A DNA stretch of 64,000 bases, from assembly GCA_964505005.1 (NCBI GenBank), contig CAZDFQ010000004.1, positions 5,172-69,171 of the forward strand, given 5' to 3'. Source of the DNA: an uncultured Candidatus Saccharibacteria bacterium (GTDB taxonomy: Bacteria > Patescibacteriota > Minisyncoccia > UBA6257 > 2-01-FULL-56-20). Below, piece by piece: positions 56,313 to 64,000 of this stretch (positions are counted from its first letter, which is position 1; every line of letters begins with the position of its first letter). The position numbers and the translations under genes are program-made. The notes under the pieces were generated by a model. The model was not told the DNA's origin and made no database searches. It saw only the letters and a program-made list of their open reading frames with translations.

Positions 56313-56459
56313 CTATCCCTTCTTCGGAGAGAAGGGCTGGCCGCAGAACTTGACACTGGTCGTGGGACAGTCCCCCATCCGTTCCTGAGGCTCTGCCCCC
56401 GAGACCGTCCGTGGCGGCTCGTACTGCTTCTTGGTTGCCGCGGCTTCGCCTTTCTTCAT
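56313..56459 (-). CDS. Candidate RiPP precursor peptide (48 aa)
   Basis: Manual translation gives 'MKKGEAAATKKQYEPPRTVSGAEPQERMGDCPTTSVKFCGQPFSPKKG'. Consensus SD 'GGAGGTG' lies 6 nt upstream of the ATG. It is the first gene of the operon, followed by the attenuator hairpin; under 60 aa so absent from the ORF track. Confidence 0.45.
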   Translation of the reverse strand: MKKGEAAATKKQYEPPRTVSGAEPQERMGDCPTTSVKFCGQPFSPKKG

Positions 56460-56527
56460 GGCCTTCACCTCCTTCCTGCCAAGTTTCTATTTTTAGGATA
56501 TTATTATAATTCAAAATGTCAATTATG

Positions 56528-56551
56528 TTGCCAAGGGGATTCGCCTGGCAA
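56528..56551. promoter_or_regulatory. Operator-like palindrome 'TTGCCA-N12-TGGCAA' next to a TTGACA -35 element upstream of the precursor gene
   Basis: 'ttgccaaggggattcgcctggcaa'. A TTGACA hexamer (minus strand) sits at 56517-56522. Confidence 0.4.
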
Positions 56552-56593
56552 TCTGGCTTTTAAATTTGAAAATACCGCATTAGAATTGTTTCT

Positions 56594-56875
56594 ATGCCCG
56601 GTAGTACAACTTCGAACAGATATTATGTCGTCTATACGCTGGAAAGCAGAAAAGACGGGAAAAGATACATCGGCTTGACCACTAATCTCCAAAAGAGAAT
56701 CAAGGAACATAATATGGGAAAATCCTTTTCAACCAGCCCTCGCCGGCCATTCAAGCTCATTTACGCCGAACTCTGCCTTAATTCCGAAGACGCCAAAAAA
56801 AGAGAGCGTTATCTGAAAACCACCGGAGGTCGCCGGTTTTTAGCTAAACGGCTTCGAGCTTATTATTCCCAATAA
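56594..56875 (+). CDS. GIY-YIG nuclease family protein (YhbQ/UPF0213-like, 93 aa)
   Basis: 'YYVVYTLESRKDGKRYIGLTTNLQKRIKEHN' is the GIY-YIG motif. Confidence 0.7.
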   Translation: MPGSTTSNRYYVVYTLESRKDGKRYIGLTTNLQKRIKEHNMGKSFSTSPRRPFKLIYAELCLNSEDAKKRERYLKTTGGRRFLAKRLRAYYSQ

Positions 56876-56932
56876 TTCGAAGCCCAGTAGCACAACTTCG
56901 TTGTCCTACTGGGCGAAGTTGTCCTACCGGGT
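56596..56932. mobile_element. Small palindromic cassette carrying the GIY-YIG gene
   Basis: Left repeat 'cccggtagtacaacttcg' at 56597-56614 overlaps the start codon. The right end has a direct copy 'cccagtagcacaacttcg' and an inverted copy 'cgaagttgtcctaccggg' abutting the next ATG. Confidence 0.5.
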
Positions 56933-58255
56933 ATGCGGTTCATTGCCGATTTACAAATTCATTCCAAATACAGCCGGGCCACCTCCAAAGAAATGGTTTT
57001 GGAAGAAATCGACCGCTGGGCCGGCAACAAAGAGATTTTGGTGATGGGCACCGGCGATTTTACCCATCCGGCCTGGTTTGAAGAAATCAAACAAAAGCTT
57101 GAGCCAGCTGAACCCGGCCTTTTCAAATTAAAAAAAGAATTCAAGTGGCCGACATTGCGCGGCGACTTGTCGGAAACACGTTTCCTTTTGGAAGTGGAAA
57201 TCTCCGGAATTTATTCGCGCCCCTCGGCGCGGCTCGGGGCAAACAAGACCTATCGGATTCACAATCTGATTTTTGCGCCGGACTTAGAAACCGCGGAAAA
57301 AATCAACACTCAGCTCGGCTGGATAGGGAATTTGAAATCTGACGGTCGGCCGATTCTGGGGTTGGACTCCGAAGAACTAGCCAAAATCGTTTTTAATACC
57401 AATCCTCAGGCGGTGATTGTCCCGGCCCACGCCTTCACCCCATGGTTCAGCTTGTTTGGTTCGATGTCTGGTTTTGATTCAATTACAGAATGTTTTGGCG
57501 AATATACAAAATATATCTTTGCTATTGAGACCGGGCTGTCCGCGGATCCTTCGATGTGCTGGCGAATGTCTCAACTTGATAATATTTCCTTAATATCCAA
57601 TTCCGATTCGCACTCGCTTCAGCGCATTGGCCGCGAAGCCAATATCTTTGACACTGAGCTTTCCTATGAGGGGATAATTGACGCAATCAGGTCTCGCGAC
57701 CCTAAAAAATTTTTAGCCACCATTGAATTTTTTCCCGAAGAAGGCAAATACCATTTGGATGGCCACCGACTCTGCGGCGTGGTCTTCGAGCCGGGCGAGA
57801 CGAAAAAACATAACGGCATCTGTCCCAAGTGTGGCCGGAAGCTGACCATCGGAGTTCTGAACCGAGTGGAAGAATTGGCTGACCGGCCGCCAGTCAAAGT
57901 AGAGATAAGCGGCTATCTTCATAAATACGAAAACCGTGTGCCATTTTATAATCTGGTGGCTCTTGACGAGGTGATTGCCCAAGCTTACGGACTCGGCGTG
58001 GCTTCGCGAAAAGTCAAGTCCGAGTACGAAAACCTGATTAAAAAATTCGGCGGCGAATTCAAAGTTCTAATGGAAACAAATGTTGAGGAATTGCGGGCTG
58101 GCGGCGCGCCGGAAGAAATCATCAAGAGTATTGTCGCGGTGCGCGAGGGCGAGGTGAAATTCGAGCCGCCGGGCTTTGACGGCGAATACGGCAAAATTTC
58201 CATTTTCAGCGAAAACGAAAGAAAAGAAATCGAGCCGCAGAAATCGTTGTTTTAA
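56933..58255 (+). CDS. Endonuclease Q (PHP-domain deaminated-base endonuclease, TIGR00375 family)
   Basis: N-terminus 'IADLQIHSKYSRATSKEM...VMGTGDFTHPAWFEE', 'PAHAFTPWFSLFGS', and 'KYHLDGHRLCG...ICPKCGRKLTIGVLNRVEELAD' are co-linear with archaeal EndoQ, including its zinc finger. Confidence 0.8.
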   Translation: MRFIADLQIHSKYSRATSKEMVLEEIDRWAGNKEILVMGTGDFTHPAWFEEIKQKLEPAEPGLFKLKKEFKWPTLRGDLSETRFLLEVEISGIYSRPSARLGANKTYRIHNLIFAPDLETAEKINTQLGWIGNLKSDGRPILGLDSEELAKIVFNTNPQAVIVPAHAFTPWFSLFGSMSGFDSITECFGEYTKYIFAIETGLSADPSMCWRMSQLDNISLISNSDSHSLQRIGREANIFDTELSYEGIIDAIRSRDPKKFLATIEFFPEEGKYHLDGHRLCGVVFEPGETKKHNGICPKCGRKLTIGVLNRVEELADRPPVKVEISGYLHKYENRVPFYNLVALDEVIAQAYGLGVASRKVKSEYENLIKKFGGEFKVLMETNVEELRAGGAPEEIIKSIVAVREGEVKFEPPGFDGEYGKISIFSENERKEIEPQKSLF

Positions 58256-58265
58256 GCATAATACT

Positions 58266-58333
58266 AATGCCGCGAATTTTTAGACGAATGATACGAATTA
58301 ATTTTATTCGTAGCATTCGAATGCCATTTGTAG
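58266..58333. repeat. Family B-type mirrored 'CGAAT / ATTCG' array
   Basis: 'aatgccgcgaatttttagacgaatgatacgaattaattttattcgtagcattcgaatgccatt'. Confidence 0.5.
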
Positions 58334-58357
58334 ATTTGTATTATATAATATTTCCAA

Positions 58358-58705
58358 ATGAGCTTTTCTTTGATTTATCTCGCGAACCGGTTTTTCTATC
58401 GGCTGGGCGATTTTTTCCATCATTGGTACGCCGACGGCTCTAAAATTTTTTTCAATTACTTTTTGAATTTTTTGGAGCGGCTGGACAGAAAATTTGCCAT
58501 TCGGATTACGCTCCGTTATTTTTTCCAGCCGCTTTATCGCGATTACACCGTAGTCGGCCGGATTCTCGGCGTGATTTTCCGAAGCGGGAGAATTCTAATT
58601 GGCGGCGCGGTTTATGTTTCAGCATCGGTTGTCTTTCTTTTAGTTTATTTTTTATGGCTGGCGATACCGCCGCTTATATTTCTTTATGTCATCGGAGCAA
58701 AATAA
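58358..58705 (+). CDS. Small membrane protein (115 aa)
   Basis: Two C-terminal TM helices; overlaps the next gene by 20 nt. Confidence 0.4.
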   Translation: MSFSLIYLANRFFYRLGDFFHHWYADGSKIFFNYFLNFLERLDRKFAIRITLRYFFQPLYRDYTVVGRILGVIFRSGRILIGGAVYVSASVVFLLVYFLWLAIPPLIFLYVIGAK

Positions 58706-61226
58706 AATTGGACAACAGGAATCGGCCAGCCGCTTTTTCTTCGACGAGCCGCGCCTGAAAATGACTATCCCTGGCCGGCTGTTGGTGAGGATTTCCAGTT
58801 ATATCACCTATCTTGTTTTACTGGCCGCTGCTTTTACTTTTGTTTTTTCGGATATTATTTCGTTGAAAGCCCTGGGAATTTTTCTTCTCCTTTTTCTCGG
58901 TGACCGGGCGCTCCACTTGAAGGAGGCCGACAGACCGTTCGGGGAGCTGCCGAAAACCGGCCGGGTTAATCTGGCTGAATATCTTTCGCCAGCCGCCTAT
59001 GCAATTTTGGAAAGAGCTTTTGACAAAGCCCGTTTGACCAGGAAAAAATTTTTTTTGGAAATAATCCGCGAGCTTTTGAGCCTGCCGGAAATCATTGACG
59101 GCCTTCGCCGGCTGGACATCAAGCCAGAAGAATTCAGGCAAAAAACCGAGGAACTTTTGGAAAGCAGCCAAGACACCAGTTTAGTTTCTGACAAAGCGAA
59201 GCTTTTTCAGAATGTCGAGGCCTTAGTGCTTCAAGCGGCGGAACGGAGCTTAACAAACAATCACCGCTTCATCGAACGAGTTGATTTATTTTCCGGATTG
59301 TTTTCAGTGGCCGATGAAAATGTCAATCGTCTTTTCAATGTCTTTTCCGTCGAGCCCGCTGATTTGGAACTGGCTTTGCTCTTGAGCTCCCTTAAAAAGA
59401 GCTGGCGATTTCGCTTGCCCAGGGCCCTGGGCGGCTTCACTTTTGAGGTCCAGCGAAAAGTCCGGCACCGGATTATGAACCGAGCCTGGACCAGCCGACC
59501 AACGCCGACTCTGGATAAATTCAGCACTGACCTGACTGATTTGGCCAGAGCCGGTAAAGTCGGTTTTCTCATCGGCCACGAAAAAGAGTACCAGCGGCTC
59601 GTGGACACGTTGGCCCGGCCGCTTAATCCCAATGTTCTACTGGTTGGCGAAGAAGGAATCGGCAAAGAAACGATTATTTCTCATCTAGCTGCCAGAATCA
59701 TAAAAGACGAAGTGCCGGCAGCGATTTTCGATAAACGTTTGGTGAGCTTGGAAATAAACAATTTGGTGGCCGGCGCGGCGCCCGAAGAACTTCAGGAGCG
59801 TCTGAAGCGGATTGTTGACGATATATTTATGGCTGACAACATCATCTTATGCATTCCGGACATCCACAATCTGGTGAAAACCTCCGGCGCTTATTATCTT
59901 TCCGCGGCTGACGCTTTGATGCCGGTGATAAAAAACAACACTTTTCCGGTCATCGGCATTACCTATCCCAAAGAATTCAAAGAATTTATTGAAAACCGAA
60001 GCGATTTTACCAGCCTTTTCGAAATCATCCGGGTCGAAGAAATCAGCGAAGCCGAGGCCCAAAAGGTTCTTATTTACGAGAGTTTGCTCTTGGAAAGAAA
60101 AACCGGCGTTCGCATCAGTTTCGCGGCCATCAAAAAAGCGGTGTTTCTGGCCAAAAAATATTTTTCCGGCAAACCACTGCCCTCCAGCGCTGAAGAACTT
60201 TTGAAAGACGCTTTGGTGGCGGCCGAGCGGAAACAGGAAGCCGAACTTAAACCAGACGAAGTGGTGGTTGCGGCTGAGGAAAAAATCAATGTTCCAATTC
60301 ACGAGACCGGCGCCAGCGAGGCCGAAAAACTTCTTCGCCTTGAGGAGATAATCCATCAGCGGCTGATTGACCAGGAAGAATCTGTTCAAGCGGTCAGCGC
60401 CGCGCTCCGCGAATACCGGAGCGGTTTAACGCGGCCCGGCGGACCGATTGCCTCTTTTCTTTTTGTGGGGCCGACCGGCGTCGGCAAAACCGAATTAGCT
60501 AAAATTCTCGCCAAAATCCAATTCGGCGAAAACGCTATGGTTCGTTTCGACATGACCGAATACCAGAGCAAAGAAAGTTTTTACCGGTTCATCGGTTCGC
60601 CGGACGGCCGAATCAGCGGCGCTCTGACCGAAGCCGCGCTTCAAAAGCCCTACTGCCTGATTCTCCTTGATGAATTCGAGAAGGCCTTTCCGGATATTTT
60701 GAATCTTTTTCTTCAGGTTTTCGACGACGGCCGGCTGACCGACAATCTCGGCCGGACCGTAGATTTTCAGAACACCATCATCATCGCCACCTCCAACGCC
60801 CACTCGGACATCATCAATGAGGCGCTGGCCAAAGGCGAGAAGATGACGGACATCACCGAATATCTTAAGCGGAAATTGGTTGATGTTTTCAAACCCGAAC
60901 TTCTTAATCGGTTTTCCAAAGTCGTGGTTTTCAAAGACCTTTCGCCTGAAGACGTGGGGAAAATCGCAGTTTTGAATCTTAATGACTTGGCCGGAATTTT
61001 GAGCGAGCAGGGAATCAAGCTGGAGTTCGACGAGTCGGCGGTGAAACAAATCGCCAAGCTGGGTTATGAACCGGCTTTTGGCGCCCGGCCCCTGCGCCGA
61101 GCCATCGAGGAGAATTTAAGAGCTCTTTTGGCTGAAGAGATACTCTCCAAAAAAGTAAGCCGCGGTTCAAAGGTTAAAGCGGTTTTTCAGGAGGGAAAGT
61201 TTCAATTTGTTAATGTCAAGGAGTGA
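58686..61226 (+). CDS. ClpC/ClpB-like AAA+ chaperone with N-terminal membrane anchor and degenerate first nucleotide-binding domain
   Basis: Two TM helices, then a Clp_N repeat. D1 has 'GEEGIGKE' and 'IILCIPDIH' in place of GxPGVGKT and DExx. D2 is intact: 'LFVGPTGVGKTELAK', 'LILLDEFEKA', 'GARPLRR'. Confidence 0.75.
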   Translation: MSSEQNKIGQQESASRFFFDEPRLKMTIPGRLLVRISSYITYLVLLAAAFTFVFSDIISLKALGIFLLLFLGDRALHLKEADRPFGELPKTGRVNLAEYLSPAAYAILERAFDKARLTRKKFFLEIIRELLSLPEIIDGLRRLDIKPEEFRQKTEELLESSQDTSLVSDKAKLFQNVEALVLQAAERSLTNNHRFIERVDLFSGLFSVADENVNRLFNVFSVEPADLELALLLSSLKKSWRFRLPRALGGFTFEVQRKVRHRIMNRAWTSRPTPTLDKFSTDLTDLARAGKVGFLIGHEKEYQRLVDTLARPLNPNVLLVGEEGIGKETIISHLAARIIKDEVPAAIFDKRLVSLEINNLVAGAAPEELQERLKRIVDDIFMADNIILCIPDIHNLVKTSGAYYLSAADALMPVIKNNTFPVIGITYPKEFKEFIENRSDFTSLFEIIRVEEISEAEAQKVLIYESLLLERKTGVRISFAAIKKAVFLAKKYFSGKPLPSSAEELLKDALVAAERKQEAELKPDEVVVAAEEKINVPIHETGASEAEKLLRLEEIIHQRLIDQEESVQAVSAALREYRSGLTRPGGPIASFLFVGPTGVGKTELAKILAKIQFGENAMVRFDMTEYQSKESFYRFIGSPDGRISGALTEAALQKPYCLILLDEFEKAFPDILNLFLQVFDDGRLTDNLGRTVDFQNTIIIATSNAHSDIINEALAKGEKMTDITEYLKRKLVDVFKPELLNRFSKVVVFKDLSPEDVGKIAVLNLNDLAGILSEQGIKLEFDESAVKQIAKLGYEPAFGARPLRRAIEENLRALLAEEILSKKVSRGSKVKAVFQEGKFQFVNVKE

Positions 61227-61240
61227 ACAAGGCAGCCGCC

Positions 61241-61333
61241 TAATCCGAATTTCCGAATACATCCTAATTATACGAATAAATTCATTCGGGGCATTCGGAT
61301 ATTATTCGGATTCATTCGGATTATGTGGTCTAC
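61241..61333. repeat. Family B-type mirrored 'CCGAAT / ATTCGG' array upstream of polX
   Basis: 'taatccgaatttccgaatacatcctaattatacgaataaattcattcggggcattcggatattattcggattcattcggattatg'. Confidence 0.55.
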
Positions 61334-61349
61334 TATAATAAGAATATAA

Positions 61350-63107
61350 ATGTTGCTTTCCAATTCCGAAATCGCAAAAGTTCTTTATGAAATCGGCGAG
61401 TATCTGGCGATGCAGGATGTTCCGTTCAAGCCTCGGGCTTATGAAAAAGCTGCCTTGGCCATTGAGGGGTTAGAAGAAGAAGCTGGAAATATCTACCAGA
61501 AAGGCGGCTTAAAGGCCTTGGAACAAATTCCGGGCGTCGGGGCTTCCATTGCCGAAAAAGTTGAAGAACTTCTGAAAACCGGCCGGCTCAAATATTACGA
61601 GACGCTCAAAAAAAAGGCGCCGGTCAATCTTTCGGAATTGAGTGCGGTGGAAAGCTTAGGCCCCAAGTCAATAAAAAAACTTTATCAAAAACTCGGCGTC
61701 AAGAATCTGAAAGATTTGGAACGGGCCGCCAGACAGAAAAAGATAAGGAATTTAGAAGGGTTTGGCGAAAAATCCGAAGAGAAAATTCTGACCAGCATTG
61801 AATTTTTGAAAAAGACCAAGGGCCGGTTTTTATTGGGGACGGTTCTGCCGTTTGCCAGAATGCTGGAGGAGCGCCTGAATAATTTGCCGGAAGTCGAAAA
61901 AGCCATTGTGGCCGGCTCGGTGCGTCGCCGAAAAGAGACCATTGGCGACATTGATATTCTGGTTACGGTCAAAAAGAGTAAGGCGGCTTCAAACAAGGCC
62001 AGCGCTAAGATTATGGATTATTTCGTGACTATGCCCGAAGTCGGCCGGGTGCTGGCCAAAGGGGAAACCAAGTCAGCGGTAACTTTTTCCTGGGGCTTGG
62101 ACGCTGACTTGCGGGTGGTGCCCGAAGAGTCCTATGGCGCAGCCCTCAATTATTTCACTGGCTCCAAAGACCACAATGTGGCTTTGCGTCAGCTGGCCAT
62201 AAAGCACGGCTGGAAACTGAATGAATACGGGTTGTTTAGGCGAATCGCAAAGCGCGAGGCGCAAATCGCCGGCGAGACCGAAGAGGGTTTATATAAAGCG
62301 CTTGGAATGGATTATATCGAACCGGAAATGCGCGAGAACACCGGAGAAATTGAATTAGCTCAGAAGTATAAGCTTCCCAAGCTTATCGGCTACCACGACC
62401 TGCAGGGCGATTTGCAGACCCAGACTGACTGGACTGACGGCTCTGATTCCATCGAGGATGTGGCTAAAGCTGCCTGGAAAGCCGGCTTGAAATATATCGC
62501 CATCACCGACCATACCAAGCGGCTGGCAATGACCCGCGGTCTGGATGAGAAAAAAATCATCAGGCAGATGGCGGAAATCGACCGGGTCAACAAAAAACTC
62601 GGCGGCAAAATAAAAATCTTAAAAGGCACGGAATGCGATATTTTAAAAGACGGCACCCTTGATTTGCCGGACAAAATTTTGGCCAAACTCGAAGTGGTGG
62701 GCGTGTCAGTCCATTCTTTGTTCAATTTGAGCCGCCGCGACCAGACCGAACGGCTGAAACGGGCGATGGCCAATCCGCACGCGGACATTCTTTTCCATCC
62801 AACCGGCCGCTTAATTCACAAGCGCGAGGCCTATGATGTTGATATGGAGGAAATTATTTCTTTTGCCAAAAAAACCGGCACGATTCTCGAAATCAACGCC
62901 GAGCCGGACCGGCTGGACTTGAAAGATGAATACATCAGGAAAGCCGTGGAAGCCGGCGTCAAAATGAGCATTGACTCCGACAGCCACAGCGCGCTTCAAT
63001 TCGCCTTTCTCGAATTCGGCCTCAGCCAAGCAAGAAGAGGTTGGGCAACCCGTGGAGATATTATCAATGCTTGGCCTTTGGAGAAAATGAAAAGTTTTCT
63101 TAAATAA
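61350..63107 (+). CDS. polX: DNA polymerase X family protein with C-terminal PHP domain
   Basis: N-terminal HhH 'LEQIPGVGASIAEKV', Pol-beta core 'GSVRRRKETIGDIDILV', and C-terminal PHP 'LQTQTDWTDGS...ITDH'. Confidence 0.85.
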   Translation: MLLSNSEIAKVLYEIGEYLAMQDVPFKPRAYEKAALAIEGLEEEAGNIYQKGGLKALEQIPGVGASIAEKVEELLKTGRLKYYETLKKKAPVNLSELSAVESLGPKSIKKLYQKLGVKNLKDLERAARQKKIRNLEGFGEKSEEKILTSIEFLKKTKGRFLLGTVLPFARMLEERLNNLPEVEKAIVAGSVRRRKETIGDIDILVTVKKSKAASNKASAKIMDYFVTMPEVGRVLAKGETKSAVTFSWGLDADLRVVPEESYGAALNYFTGSKDHNVALRQLAIKHGWKLNEYGLFRRIAKREAQIAGETEEGLYKALGMDYIEPEMRENTGEIELAQKYKLPKLIGYHDLQGDLQTQTDWTDGSDSIEDVAKAAWKAGLKYIAITDHTKRLAMTRGLDEKKIIRQMAEIDRVNKKLGGKIKILKGTECDILKDGTLDLPDKILAKLEVVGVSVHSLFNLSRRDQTERLKRAMANPHADILFHPTGRLIHKREAYDVDMEEIISFAKKTGTILEINAEPDRLDLKDEYIRKAVEAGVKMSIDSDSHSALQFAFLEFGLSQARRGWATRGDIINAWPLEKMKSFLK

Positions 63108-63141
63108 TTTTACGGTATCAAAAATTGGAACTTAATCAAAA

Positions 63142-63181
63142 GACCCCGGCATCGCCTTCGGCGAGCCGGGGTCTTTTTTTC
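63142..63181 (+). terminator. Rho-independent terminator after polX
   Basis: 'gaccccggcatcgccttcggcgagccggggtc' followed by 'ttttttt'. Confidence 0.7.
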
Positions 63182-63576
63182 TACTGGAGTGGGTGGGCAC
63201 TGAGGAATCTAGAGATGCGGTTGATGTTTTCCTCGAGATTGTCCGCCTCATGGATGGAGCGTTCTCTTTCTTCCCGGGCTACTCCCAGCCATTCCGTTGC
63301 GAATTTTTTGACGAGCGCACTATCCCTCGGGACAATACCGACTTTGTCTCGCGGAGCGTCCACGGGGCAGTGGAGTTCGCCAATCTGGCGGTTGTGCCAG
63401 GCAAAGTAAGCGCTGATATACTCGATGTGTTCTTGATAGCTCTTCATGACCTTCACAGAGAGCCCGCCGATACCGCTGTACCCTTCCAAGTACATGGCGG
63501 TTTGGATACAGGAAGCGAAAAATTCGGGTTGCTTCCATATCCTAGGGCACCTTTCTAGTATCACCGTAATCGCCAT
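63181..63576 (-). CDS. Hypothetical protein (131 aa) with strong SD
   Basis: SD 'gggaggtg' upstream of the ATG at 63576. No recognisable motif. Confidence 0.45.
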   Translation of the reverse strand: MAITVILERCPRIWKQPEFFASCIQTAMYLEGYSGIGGLSVKVMKSYQEHIEYISAYFAWHNRQIGELHCPVDAPRDKVGIVPRDSALVKKFATEWLGVAREERERSIHEADNLEENINRISRFLSAHPLQ

Positions 63577-63710
63577 GGCACACCTCCCTGCTTGCTCATC
63601 CTTCGATTCTACTCAGGACTGCAAGCTCAGGATGACAAAGAACAACTGACGGCACCATTACCGTCACCCGGACCATAATACAATTATTGCAACCCTGTCA
63701 AATACAAATC

Positions 63711-63748
63711 TTAATTAAGTGTTATGACGCGTCATAACATTTAATTAA
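63711..63748. promoter_or_regulatory. 38-bp near-perfect palindrome (candidate operator) in a divergent promoter region
   Basis: 'ttaattaagtgttatgacgcgtcataacatttaattaa' has one mismatch and a perfect 18-bp core 'gttatgacgcgtcataac'. Confidence 0.5.
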
Positions 63749-63823
63749 AAGCATAAGTTCAATTTTTCAAATACGAATTTTGGTTAAAATTCATTAAAAT
63801 GTTAAAATTTTTGAATGAGTGAC

Positions 63824-64000
63824 GAAAAAACCAAGCGGGAAATCTCCGCCGGCTTCATCGTTTACCGGCGCACTTCTGAAGGCCTGAAATTTTTGCTTCT
63901 TTATCACGGCCGTAATTATTGGAATTTTCCCAAAGGCAAAATTGAGCTCTCGCCCGCCAAAATTTTGCCCGCCAGAACTTCGGCGGAAGCGGGTAGGACC
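63824..64000 (+). CDS. Nudix hydrolase (3' end truncated by window edge)
   Basis: 'AGFIVYRR...LLLYHGRNYWNFPKGKIE' is the start of a Nudix fold. Confidence 0.65.

Noticed and set aside
1-64000. Diversity-generating retroelement or other reverse-transcriptase-based system, which are common in CPR genomes
   Set aside because: No reverse-transcriptase-like ORF and no template/variable repeat pair were found in the window.

Overview
The window looks like a chromosomal segment from a small-genome, Patescibacteria/CPR-like bacterium. That call is an inference from gene content, compact housekeeping genes and abundant palindromic intergenic repeats. It spans the replication origin: rpmH-rnpA-yidC-jag on the minus strand, then dnaA-dnaN on the plus strand. 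Most of the window is DNA repair and housekeeping: partial comM, uvrD, rsmA, PBP1A, ruvC, yebC, pilB, ruvB, tsaE, an RNase J-like gene, a Mur ligase, ruvA, uvrB, rpsT, holA, pyrG, a mazG-like gene, mutM, a histidine kinase, a 5'-3' exonuclease, endonuclease Q, a ClpC-like gene, PolX and a partial Nudix gene.

Three things stand out against this background.

1. A same-strand type IV secretion-like locus at 4.6-17.3 kb. It has a VirB6/TrbL-like membrane protein, a VirB3-like protein, a VirB2-like pilin, and a VirB4 ATPase split into two ORFs by a 220-bp repeat element.

2. A GC-rich island of about 6.5 kb at 49975-56520, next to tRNA-Arg(CCG). It carries an archaeal-type AspRS and an AsnRS in tandem, plus a self-contained RiPP-like operon. 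The operon has a 48-aa candidate precursor with a strong SD, a Trm112-fused methyltransferase, a PqqD-like recognition protein and a radical-SAM/SPASM enzyme, with its own promoter-like region, operator-like palindrome, internal attenuator hairpin and terminator.

3. Several small high-GC single-gene insertions and decayed mobile elements: a lipoprotein gene, a small membrane-protein gene, a GIY-YIG cassette with terminal inverted repeats, and an IS481-like transposase remnant.

Two families of palindromic repeat elements fill the intergenic space. One has invaded uvrD in frame, another splits virB4, and another brackets a frameshifted four-helix-bundle gene. Several long perfect RNA stems are also present: a 22-bp stem that would sequester the jag start codon, and a 20-bp stem downstream of pilB.
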